Assembly: GCA_905331295.1 (NCBI GenBank)
Contig: CAJNYD010000056.1
Coordinates: forward strand, 301,255 to 321,254
Direction of reading: 5' to 3'
DNA length: 20,000 nt
DNA from: Rotaria socialis
Lineage: Eukaryota
Part shown: in pieces, positions 1-11,234 of the stretch
How the letters are laid out: each line of letters starts with the position of its first letter
Numbering within the stretch: position 1 is the stretch's first letter
Position numbers and translations under genes: made by a program
The notes under the pieces: generated by a model
The model's input: only the letters and a program-made list of their open reading frames with translations
Told to the model about the DNA's origin: nothing
Databases searched by the model: none

Positions 1-242
1 TTCTTGACTGGATGGATTTGAATCGAAATGAATTAGTTCATACATTAATTTCCATAACGGAACAGTCTAAAAGAATTTATAGTTACAAACATGTATTTGT
101 TGTAATTCATATTGAATCTTACCGCTTCACTTTGATCATATTTAGCCAAACAAAACATTTCCGATGTAATCATCGAAAATCCATATGACGATAAAATCTG
201 ACAAAAGCAATTAATTACTGGACGGACTTCTTCTAATGACAT
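1..242 (-). CDS. TEDC1: Tubulin epsilon and delta complex protein 1 (TEDC1/C14orf80-like), 5' part; runs off the window
   Basis: Exons 242-123 and 66-<1, joined by a 56-nt GTAAGA...TTTTAG phase-0 intron. Spliced protein: MSLEEVRPVINCFCQILSSYGFSMITSEMFCLAKYDQSEA|TVPLWKLMYELIHFDSNPSSQE. This resembles the recalled TEDC1 N-terminal motif SPEIFRRAKFDRPEATSALWQLLFRVL. Confidence 0.75.
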
Positions 243-306
243 TCTAAAGTAACACATATTCATTATTTATTTATTTTTAACAAAACAAAAAATCTTTCTT
301 TTATTA

Positions 307-323
307 ATATATATATATATATA
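307..323. repeat. (TA)n microsatellite (similar tracts at ~5985-6001, ~10720-10736, ~12274-12288)
   Basis: Direct reading of TATATATA runs. Confidence 0.85.
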
Positions 324-602
324 TTTATGTATATATGTATAGAATTTTGTATGTTTAATAAATGAAAACAAAAGAAGCAATGAAAAAAAGAAAAAGAAAA
401 GATTTTTGTTTCATACATCATATATCTCGCTCTATTATTCACTTAGAATAGAAAAAGAAAACAAACAAATAAACATGGAATATCCAGCTACCTAATCTAG
501 GTCGCATAGAAAGAAATACAAAAACAAAACAAAAAAGGAAGGAAAAAATATACAAAAACAAAAGTGCACATGCAGGACTATATTTCTGTTTTTGATCATT
601 GA

Positions 603-3600
603 TTAGGTTTTACTTTTTATTTCTGGTGTTATTGTTGAATTCGGAGTCCATTGTTGTGGATGTCGTGTCAGTATGAGATTCATAGAAGAACTGTTCATCG
701 TAGGTAAATCAATAGAAGATGAATTTGATGAATGATTCGTGTTATTGGGTGGTGACGATGGTGCTGATATTATTTTACGACTACGACGTGATGATACACG
801 TGTAGGAATAGTCACTTCAGGCTTTGTTGATTGTTGAGGAGATAAGCGACTGGAGATGAAACGTTTTATGAAGACAATCGTGAATGCAACAGAAAACCTT
901 TACCTGCTACTGGAAGGTCGACCACGTTTTCCTTTAGTAGTAGCTGATAAAGGTGAAATCGAGGGTGTTGGCGCGGGTGGATCACATGCAGAACATTGCC
1001 ATGATCCATCTGGAATGGCTTCGAGACCAATACAATATGTATGATACCCACGATCACATCGATCGCAGAACATCATATTAGCCTAGAAAGTAATAATAAT
1101 ATTTGATCGGTTCAATCATCAGATGCGAAACTTAGCAAAATACATCTAACTCATGCTAGTTTTTATGTTAAGTTACACTAAACGTCGTATTAAAGCTAAT
1201 ACTATGGATTTTCATTCGAATAAGTATCCTAGCGTTATAAATAGAAAGTCTTGCGATAATGATAAAATAAAAGTTTCATTATCAAAATAAAGTAGAATAT
1301 CTATCAAACTCTTCTAATCTTGTTGAAACGTCTATCCGATTTTTTTAATAGTCTATAATGATAGAGATATTTACTAGTTGATTATAACTAAAGATTTAAC
1401 AGTTAACTATAAAAAAAAAAAGCTACTATTTTAATTTATATATTTCTATACTAAAAGAATATATTCAAAACGCCAATCCTTTTAAAGAAGCAAAGACTGG
1501 TACACTCTATTTACCATGAAACAGTTTTTATATTAAATAAATCATTTGTTTTCTAAACTTACTTCGTCATGCGTTTTGTTACATTTAGCACAACTTTTAC
1601 AGTCAATACATTGCCATTGATATGTTTTAATAATAGATAGCATATCACTATTAGCTTCAAGACAAGTTGGATGAAACTGATGTTGACAACTAGCACACGT
1701 AACTAATTCTTCATCATGTTCGTCTTGTGTCATTTTACACCCATGACATACAGCTGAGTGATTGTTTATTGAAATCGGTGTTGATGGTTTAACTAGACGA
1801 GAGGACGATGGCGTAGTAATAGCACCAATTCCATTGACTATTAGTGGTGATCTTGGAGTTGATGGGCGTTGTTGATTTGAAAGTAGAGGACGGTTGGTTG
1901 AACTGATTTCATCTTCTTCGTCACTTGATGCAGTCTAAAGAAAGAAAAACATTTATTCATAACACTATTGAACTTTTATGTTATTTTATTGCCGTGTCCT
2001 TGAAAAGGATAACATAGTATCTGAAAAATCAACAGTGTCCTAGAAAAAATTTGCCACATGACAGTCATTAGTATGGGCACACGGTCAATTTTTATCTATT
2101 CAATACTTTTTATTCAGTTTTTCTCGAAAATTTTCCTATAGAATTATCTTTGAAGGTGCATCTTCTATAATAAAAAAAAACAGATTTTCAATTACTCGAT
2201 ATTTAGATTCAACATGCGAAAGAGCAATTAATCCAACAATAAAAATGATGTGATAAAATATTGATAAGGACAAAAATAATTTATCTTTCGAAAATGCTTA
2301 TCTAATCTGTATAGATGGTCTCGCGTATGCTTATTTACCTGCTGTGAAAATCGTTCCGTATGAATAAGTGACAGAGGTTTGGGATAATAATAAAGTGCTG
2401 TATTAATTGGCATATATTTCAATTCATCAGAATTATATTTTTTATAAGAATCTTGATATTGTCCAGGTAAAAGTGCTAATGGATAAGAGCCAATCTTGGT
2501 TAAATTCGAGGGTAGGCGAAATTGTCTATTTGCAGGATAATGTATTTGCTAGACAAATAGAAGAATACAAAAATTCAAATTTACGAACACCAAGAATATA
2601 AAATAACCAACCATAGTTTGAAGATCGAAACAAGCTTTACGCTCTTGAATTCGTTCTCGTTGTAGTTGTGCATTATAATCAACGACTGATCGTAATATAT
2701 CTTGTCGAAATTTCTTCAAAATATATAGAAAAAACTGCAATTTTAAACTCAAAACTAGAAAACAAAAGTTCATACAGAAACTCGACTTTTATCTCCATTT
2801 TCAGTGGGATTAACCGATGGACTATTCGATGTAGATATGGACGATTGATTTAAATTTGATAAAGATAAAATTGTTGTTAGACTACCATTCTTATTGTTTG
2901 CAAGTGCACGCCGTTTCTGTTGCCACACAGTATTGAATTGCTAAAAGAATTGAAAAGTCAATACACTAAGAGTTACATAAGGAATTCAACAACGAAAAAA
3001 ATGAAAAGGTTCTATTTCAAAGAAGAGACAGTGTCAATTATCTATAAGCAGAATATTTCAGGTGTAGGATGTGAAAATAATTTTCTGTTCGGCCATGCTT
3101 TTCAGATTGTTAGTCACGGAAATTTCAGGAATTCAATCATATTTTGATTTTATATTTTGCGTTCACTGTTCGAAAGCAAAACAGTTTCCACTTTTTTTTT
3201 TAGATAGGGAGTGTTAATATAAGCAGTTACTTTTATGGCACTTCAGTGCATTTTTAATTATTAAGAGAAACATTTAAACCAACAAAATTGACTTGTCGCT
3301 TTTTCTTATTGACAATCAGGAGATCGTTCATATCTAAAGAGTTCATTTTCATAGAATGGTCAATATGAAATATTTCTCTTCGTTATGTGATAGATTGAGA
3401 CAGACATATATCAGACTATTCTATTCTAAAATCATCATACATAGAGTAGGTTTTCGTGTGTGCCAAATAAAAGCTTCGTATTTCATTTAAATTTATTTTG
3501 CTCTGGAGAACTAGATTTTCATCTATCGAATCAAAAGATCTCATGATGTGACTGTTACCAATGATAGATTCTGTAAGAGTAAAAATACCTTCTTCCTCGA

Positions 3601-4308
3601 CACTCATAAACACCTTATGAAGAAGATACATAGAAATCAAGCATTGACATTTAGTAACACTTACATGACATTTTTCTGGATAATCAGTTGACATAAGTTC
3701 TAAAACTTCATCAAGTTTAAGTGCTGTTAAACCAAGATCACATTGAGTTTCTGTGACAACATTTTGAGACTTTAAATATTCTCGTTCATGTAAATCAACA
3801 ATACGCCGATAAATATCTATCAATAGCAAAGACATTGTTTTGTTGCTATTTACTTAAAAACAAAGAAACCAATACCAGGATATTTTCGTTTGAATGATTT
3901 GAGCGATAGATAATCACAAATTTGTTCTTGCAGTACATGTAAATCAGCATGAGGTTCGTCTGCTGGCCATCGATAGACATGTAATTTATCAGCAGATATA
4001 TGTCGCCTAGAAAACAGAAAACTCTTAGTTTATAAAACGAAATACATTGGTGTAAACAAAACAAACCCTAAACTTTGATCGATGTCTATTGTTGTTCGTC
4101 GTTTTCGACTTTTTTTCGTTGGTGTATCTGCTGTCGTAAGCGAATGATTACTTTCGTTATTGTCATCTCGAGTCAAACTTGGCGACCGACTGCGTTTAAG
4201 AGGTTTACTTGTGGATTCAGTATGATTATAATTGATATGATTATTTATTGAAGGTAAAATAGCAACGTCCGATGATGCTGTTACTGATGAATGCATTGAA
4301 CTATTCAT
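603..4308 (-). CDS. PHF10: PHD finger protein 10 (BAF45a/SAYP), PBAF SWI/SNF subunit with SAY domain and double PHD finger, ~599 aa
   Basis: Nine coding exons, all GT-AG and phase-consistent: 4308-4067, 4006-3876, 3816-3665, 2940-2776, 2713-2612, 2548-2339, 1934-1563, 1082-904, 849-603 (1800 nt). SAY-domain motifs: [95 protein letters not shown]. Tandem PHD: CHGC...CASC..FHPTC...[12 protein letters not shown]...[18 protein letters not shown]...WQCSAC. Confidence 0.95.
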
Positions 4309-4636
4309 CAATTAGTCTAAAGTTTAAATAGAAAAAAAAAACGTGTTTTCTTTGCCCTTCAATTCAATAAACGAGATACTATTGTATTGCCATTTCGAAC
4401 TTATTCATGCCTCATTGAGGTGAACATTGTAACAGACGAGAAATACCTTCTCGATGAAGAGAAACAAAAACCTTTTCTAAACATTTTATCATTCGAGATT
4501 CTTTTTAGTTTTATGCAGAAAAGAAAAAACATAACAAATAGAGGGCGCTAAGAGTTACGAGAATGCGTTGATAGTAGTGCAATAGCGCAAGTTAATATCA
4601 TGTGTGATTCATCAGCTGAAAGTTGCGCTTTTACGT
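4309..4636. promoter_or_regulatory. Probable bidirectional promoter / 5' UTR region between head-to-head PHF10 and TMEM107
   Basis: Only ~330 bp separates the divergent start codons (4308 minus, 4637 plus). A probable PHF10 5'-UTR intron (GTATCT at ~4379 to TTTTAG at 4317, minus strand) uses part of it. No specific motif identified. Confidence 0.55.
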
Positions 4637-5338
4637 ATGGTATTGACACTAGTTATCGAGAAGATGTTACGAAACCATGGCAGCCGATCAAGCAATTCAC
4701 CTAATTTTCAACAATTATATACAAGTCGCTTTGTACCATTATTTATACACTTGATTCTCTTAGTACTAGTTTTTGTTTTTCGAGTAAGTTATCCCCACAC
4801 AAAAAAAGCATTAACGAAAAAGAAATGTTTTTAATTGAGTTTACCAACTTTTCATTGAAATGTTTTCAAGTGATATTTTTTTCTTTATTTCTTCAGGATG
4901 ATCTCGCAAGTAATTGTAGCACTAGTGATTATGCAGGTGCACCGAGTGCCCTCACATGGTAAGTAAATTTCGAATTGTATCTATCATGTTTATTAATTTT
5001 TTATTCGAACAGGTCCGACGGTTGGACAGGTGCATCACTTGGCTTAGTAGTGGTTGAAATGATTTTAGCACTATCGGGTTTATCTATCCTTCGACGCTAC
5101 GCTATTTTTTTCTGTAAGATAATCTAGAATTTGAGTATGATTGAGTTATCGTTGATTATTTTTATTTTTAGCAATCGTATTACATTCAACAGCTTGCGTT
5201 CTCATAAGCGCTTATTTTATGTCGGATATCAGTATCTGTACGGGCTCACCTTATCTACTATTCTTTTGTACGTTTTTACCGTTGATTATTGAATTGATCA
5301 GTTGGATCGAAATGTTTGCATTTAACAAAGAACTGTGA
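4637..5338 (+). CDS. TMEM107: Transmembrane protein 107 (ciliary transition-zone/MKS module), ~158 aa
   Basis: Exons 4637-4783, 4897-4958, 5013-5113, 5172-5338 (477 nt; alternative ATG at 4664). Protein: ...LYTSRFVPLFIHLILLVLVFVFR|DDLASNC...GASLGLVVVEMILALSGLSILRRYAIFFS|IVLHSTACVLISAYF...FFCTFLPLIIELISW...KEL*. It has four hydrophobic helices and follows the recalled TMEM107 pattern (LVPSRFLTLLAHL..FWSR; VELAGFLSGVSMF; SIGAHCSA; FCSALPAVTE). Confidence 0.85.
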
Positions 5339-5482
5339 ATGCTTTTCTTGTCTGTTTCATTTTTTGTGTTCATAATTTGATCAATATTATTCCGTCCTTT
5401 AAATTTATATATTAAATGAAATTAGAATGTTGAGTTTTTCGTATTAACGTTTAGATAATAACGTGTGTCTAACTTTTAGAGA

Positions 5483-5932
5483 ATGGCAACAGGAGAGCTT
5501 CCTTCTTATTCAGCCATTCCAACTGCTGATAGCTCAGCGTTGAACTCGTATGGCGCATTATCAAATTCAAACGACATAGAAGTATTACCATCAACTACAA
5601 TTACTATTCAAACACCGGTGCATACTTATGAATGTGATTCTGCAAGCTCAAGTCCTCATAAAACTCCCAAAACTCCATGTTTGAAACCTCACCAATCTGA
5701 AACTATATTTGCTATATGTTTGTTTACACTCGGAGCTAGTTTATTAATCTATGTTATTGTTTCATATTGGTTTACACATAGTCAAATATCTCCAATGATT
5801 ATATTTATATGTGGTTTACTATGTTTTATACCTGGTTGTTATTATTTAGTTGAACATTATTGTTGTTTTTCACCATGTCAACGAAATCGTCGTCGACACT
5901 CGCCAATAGTCGATCAAGATGACAGCACTTAA
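5483..5932 (+). CDS. TMEM230/TMEM134 (DUF872)-family two-TM small membrane protein, single coding exon, 149 aa
   Basis: Intact ORF. A Ser/Pro-rich N-terminus is followed by two hydrophobic helices, IFAICLFTLGASLLIYVIVSYW and MIIFICGLLCFIPGCYYL. The second matches the recalled family signature G.L.F.PG.Y. The C-terminus is acidic (DQDDST). Cannot distinguish TMEM230 from TMEM134. Confidence 0.7.
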   Translation: MATGELPSYSAIPTADSSALNSYGALSNSNDIEVLPSTTITIQTPVHTYECDSASSSPHKTPKTPCLKPHQSETIFAICLFTLGASLLIYVIVSYWFTHSQISPMIIFICGLLCFIPGCYYLVEHYCCFSPCQRNRRRHSPIVDQDDST

Positions 5933-6109
5933 ATCGTACAAAAACAAAATCTCGAAAAACTTCTTTTTCATTCTAAAATCTCTTATATATATATATATAT
6001 ACATGCATATATATCTACGTATTTTAACACATCTCATTTTTATCTCCTTATATAAAGAAACGTTGTTGGATTAAAAAAGCATCTATTATTTTGTATTTGA
6101 TTTTTTTAG

Positions 6110-9100
6110 ATGAGTGTTATGAATTTCAACACAGATCTATTTCGTGACTTAACATTTGATCTTCTATCGGATATTTCTCATGATTCAACAAAATTTGACG
6201 AATTAAATCAATCTTATTTAAATAAAATCCACGAACGCATCGATGGAGATGAGTTAATAAAATATACGAGAGAATTTTATGAGAAAATTCTTTGTAAGAA
6301 AATTTTAAAAGCAAAAGAATATGTATGAAATTGCATTTCCTTAGCACTACAAATTGTACAAACAAATCGAAGAGCTCAACTAAAAGACTTAATGCACGGA
6401 AATATAGTCATAGTATATTTTTGGACATTTTCTGATATCCAGGTTTCGCATACAATCCACAAAGTGATTGGAATCGATAAGCGATATTCTAGTGCCGATG
6501 TAAGCTATGTTTAATCGAATTGAAATAGTTTTATATTTTTCCATATTACAGGAATAAATATTATTTAAAACAGACTTCCGGATTTATATAAAAAATAGGA
6601 TTTACTTTTAGTAAAGATTATTCAAATAGAAAAAATAAACTCATTGGATTCATATTTAAATCACATTATAAAATGGAGAAAATACATTTACTTTTGATTA
6701 TCGCTCTCAAAATAGAGCATGTTGTATAAGAAATTTTTATCAGCGTATTAATTTTCTCACATTTAATAAGTTTTCTATATTGTTATTATACACACTTATT
6801 ATCAAGATACTAACAACCGTGGGAAGAATAAAATAATTATGCTAGCGAACCATCGATCGGAAACAATACTCGAAGTTGCGATTAAATGTGCGTTTTTATG
6901 TAAAAACAAATTTTGAATATCGAGATTTGAACTTATCAAAGGATACTTTTGAAGAAAGTAGTGAGTTTAACTTTCATTTAGTGCTTCTGTGGTTTCTCTT
7001 TAACAGTTGATAACTAAGATCAGAAGCCAATCAGTGTATTTTCCTTGTAATGATGAAAGAAAAAGACCAACGGTCATATCATGCGTTGTCATAGCAGTCT
7101 TAGATAGGACACGTTGGTTCTGACTGCCAGAATTTCTAAGCTACGAGCAAAAATCGTGAACAATATTAGTAGTACGGCACTAACTCTTGTTCGAAATTCT
7201 AATAATTGTAATACATTCGTGTATGTTCTCAATGTTGTCTAAGTCATTATATAAATTATAGTAAAAAACGTGTCAATTGGTGACATTGAGAAATAGTTGA
7301 TATCTGTATTACTCAAGCCTATTACGATATGTAATAGTAAGTGAAGCTACTTTATTTTAGAAATGAACAGTAGGCTCATGCGTCAGTTAAATCCATGGTT
7401 AGAATAAGAATTATATTCGATTTAAAAAGTACTTTTTTGATGTAATATCTTAGGAATGCTATTATAGTCTTTCGTTAAATACAATAAGACAGATAACAGA
7501 TTAGAGTTTAATATTTTAATCTGAAAGATGATTTAGTGATCTGTTTCGCTAAAAATTAATTGTAGAATTTGTTCTTTCAATCAGTTTAATAGAGATTAGG
7601 ACTAGAAGATAGTGCAGTGTAGTCCCATCATAATCTATCTTGATGTAAATATTTTTATTTTTTCTTGTTTTTCCATATTTTTTAAGGTCACTGTTATTTG
7701 TGTTCATTCTCCGAAATATGACCACGAAAAAAATAAAGCTAATATTATGCATGATATTGAAGAAAGATCACTTCCATTTACAGTCGTTGACGACAGTCGA
7801 CGGCTTGTATGGAAACATGTTGACTGTCAACTTTGGCCAACAGTACTTGTTTTCGGACCAGATTCACTACCAATATATATATTTGAAGGAGAAAATCACG
7901 TGCAACATCTTGAACGATTTCTTGTGCCTGTTTTTACTCATTATAAGTCAAGTTTATATCCAATTCTTAATAATTCACTGGCAACTACAAACTCATCTGA
8001 AAATGTAGCTACAATTAAAGCAGGTTAGAAGAATTATTTTAATTGTATTTCAAAATTCAAATAGAGAATTCGCATATTTTATAGCTTCGAAAGTAAAAGA
8101 CTTTAGATATCCAAGTCATATATGTGTAACTAGTAATGAACAATTATATATTTCATTTGCTGGTTCAAATCAACTGGTTTTGTGCGACATCGATGGAAAA
8201 GTCATTGTAGGTGTATTTGTCAGAATTTTAAATAATAAAAAGAGTATCTTCTAGGATATTATTGGTAATCGTAACGCTGGTATGGCTGATGGGGACATAA
8301 ATCAAGCAGAATTCGATTCACCACATGGTCTTGCAGAGTTTAATAGCTGTATCTATATTGCTGATACCAATAATCATTCCATTCGTGTGGTAAGAAGATA
8401 TTTAGAAAACTAAATAACAATTATTGATTTGATTTCTGATATAGTTTGATCCAAATTCACGTCGTGTACTTACAATGATTGGTACAGGTCGTTTAGGAAC
8501 TGACAAAATTGGTGGTCTACAAAGAACTCAACAACCTATTGCTTCACCCTGGGACTTATGTATTACAGAATCACCATGTAAGATTTATTATTTAAAAAAA
8601 ATAGAGGATACAATCTGAAAAAATAATTATATAGGCCATTTATGCAAGGGGGAACAACAGACTCCATGACTCCAAGAAGATGGAGTCTCTCATTTTCCTC
8701 TTAACAGTATGACTCAGTGCCTGAAAGTTGAATTCTCATTACAGAATAAACAGTTCAGCTTTGGGAATTCTACTTCCGGGTACTGAGTAATATTGTTCTG
8801 TTATGGGAAGTTTTTTGGACAGTTTCCGACAAAGAAGGAGACTAATAACTATTTTATATAATGATACATATGGCAGAAAAAAGTAAAAACGTATCAGTTT
8901 CCCATTTCTATAATGGTTTTCTCGAGATCAGCAGGAATTTTGCGATACTTACTGTGACTCCAAGAGACTCCGTGTGATTACCTGGGATCCTACGTGATTC
9001 TATGCAACCAACTGGCTCCATGTGATTCCGGATGACTCCACTTGACTCCGTTTGAGTGAGTCCACCTGACTACGAGGAGTTGGAGTCTGCTGTTTTCCCC

Positions 9101-11234
9101 TTGCATTGATGTGATCATTCCTTATTTTAATCCTTCAAATTAAAGTTGATTTTTAGAATTGAAAATAGAAAAAAATGCTTTTTTCAAATATTTACAAACA
9201 AATCGATCAATATGACTTTCAATTTTTTAGTTTTTTTGATCAAAGATACTATAAGAAATTTCGAAAATGCCATGACAGAACACCATACGAAGTTCGCCGT
9301 GTATTGGCGTTAATTTAATTTCTATTGTGGGGTGATCACTTAGAGGAACTTCTAGACCTCTACAGAAGATCGTAGGTAGAAGATTCAGTTTCGTTTATCG
9401 ACCGAAGAAAGATCCTCGATATATCATGAGGCGCTCATAAATATTGATGATTAGTATATCGATGATGTAGATGTGGTTCGGATTTTCGACGCCTGTTTGA
9501 ATGAACATATCTCAGCTTTTATTACAATCCATTGAATATATCATCATTTTATTATTTTTCTTACTAGTCGACAGTAAGATAGTATTACTTATTTCAATGG
9601 CTGGCCATCATCAAATATGGGCATATGCTTTTGAAGAAACTCAATGGTGGAATGATGTGTATGTAAAATAAAGCATTATTTGAATTAATCGATTAACTTA
9701 ATTTTTCTATTTAGTATATTAAAAAAGAATTCATGTTCATCAATAATTGGAAGTGGCTTTGAAGAAAATAAAAATAGTTCTGAACCGATGAGTGCTGGTT
9801 TAGCATCACCACGTGGCATATGTAATGGTATAATGAATGAAGAGCCAGTTATATTTATTGCTGATAGTAATAGTTCGACTATACGTGTTGTTACACTTAA
9901 CGATGGGCATGTAGCTAATTTAGTTGGCGGTGTTGCTGATCCAACAGTATCAGAGACGAAATTTTTATCTTTAGAATTGAATGTCTTTTCTTTTTTTAAA
10001 TAGAATCTTGCTGCATTTGGTGATCTTGATGGTACTGGTCATCATGCCAAATTGCAGTATCCAATTGGTGTTGCATTTCATTACCCATCATCCTATTTGT
10101 ATATAACGGATACATTTAATAATAAATTAAAACGTGTTGATATGAAAACTTTATTATGTTCAAGTTATTTTGCAACTGATGACGATATGAAAAAGAAACG
10201 TGGAGAAACGAATTCGTCTAAATTTTATGAACCATATGGTATAGCAATATTGGATCATTTTCTATATGTTGCCGATAAAAATAATTCATACATCAAACGC
10301 ATTGATCTTGATCATGGAACAATCATTGAAGTGAGTTTTTTTTATGCTATGCGATTATATATAGACTACCTAAAATAACATCACACATGAGTTGGATGAG
10401 ATTTTATCCGACCGAAATCATTCTTTGAGTATGACAGATGAATGCTCTTGAGTGAAGCAAAAAGCTTATAACGAATTCTATATTCAAATTCTATATTATT
10501 TTAACGCAAAATTATTTTAAAAGCTCATGAATTCATTTCATACTCTAATTAGAACTAATCATTTTTCGGAATTTGTCTGTTTTATCAGATCTTTTTTGTA
10601 GACACAGATCTATCTCAAACTATATAGGTGTCAATTGTAATGGTTGTTTAGTTAGCATTCTACAATTAATAATACTGATAACGAAAGAGAATTTCTTCTG
10701 AATGACTATGTAGTAGTCATATATATATATATATATTATCTGTTATGATTGCATTGATCTCTATTTTATTAATATGAATAATTATAATTATTGATTATTT
10801 ATTTCTAGCATCGATTCTATTTGAGTGAAACATTAAATGAAGAACGCTCATTCGGTTCGAAACAAGCTTATTTAGCTATTTTTCTAGATGACGCACTTAA
10901 GTTACGTGATGGCAATGCTGGTACTTGGACAATTGAAGATGAAGGTTAGATAAGAAAGTTTTTTTCTTTTTTGCTAAAATTGAAGAGATCGTAAATTTGA
11001 ATAGATGGTCTCAAAATCTGTGATGGAGAATTGATATGTCACGTACCTGATCAAATACTACTAGATTATGTTTCATGTGATAAACAGGTAAGGTCACTTA
11101 AATATGAACTAATGGTATGTCAAGACAATAAGTGTACGATGATGAATGGTGTAGTGCAGCCAGTTAATCAAACAGATTCAATTATTGAATTTATAATTAA
11201 AATTGGCCAGATTGAAACAACTAAATCTAGCTAG
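6110..11234 (+). CDS. NHLRC2: NHL repeat-containing protein 2 (thioredoxin-like domain + NHL beta-propeller + C-terminal beta domain), ~693 aa
   Basis: Eleven phase-consistent exons: 6110-6293, 6345-6499, 7687-8023, 8085-8206, 8255-8389, 8445-8577, 9568-9658, 9715-9946, 10004-10330, 10809-10944, 11005-11234 (2082 nt). Motifs: VICVHSPKYDHEK, WPTVLVFGP, IYIADTNNHSIR, PIASPWDL, ISMAGHHQIW, IGSGFEENKN, IFIADSNSSTIR, AFGDLDG...AKLQYPIGVA, LYVADKNN, C-terminal VCQDNKCTM. Confidence 0.93.
8645..9103. mobile_element. Non-autonomous hAT-type MITE (459 bp) in NHLRC2 intron 6
   Basis: Imperfect TIRs: CAAGGGGGAACAACAGACTCCA vs the reverse complement of TGGAGTCTGCTGTTTTCCCCTTG. 8-bp target-site duplication with one mismatch: CATTTATG (8637-8644) and CATTGATG (9104-9111). 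Many subterminal TGACTCC-like motifs. No ORF. Confidence 0.8.

Noticed and set aside
856..3147. Short plus-strand ORFs (856-1044, 2407-2601, 2668-2853, 2920-3147)
   Set aside because: They are antisense to PHF10 exons and introns and have no independent coding signal.
4671..4684. RFX X-box-like GAAACCATGGCAGC near the TMEM107 start
   Set aside because: It has several mismatches to GTTNCCATGGNAAC and lies inside the predicted coding exon.
5339..5482. U8 snoRNA (SNORD118 lies at the TMEM107 3' end in vertebrates)
   Set aside because: No recognisable U8 5' sequence or C/D box pair; the spacer is simply T-rich.
6790..6965. Possible CACT...AGTG-ended MITE in NHLRC2 intron 2
   Set aside because: Terminal similarity is too degenerate and no TSD is identifiable.
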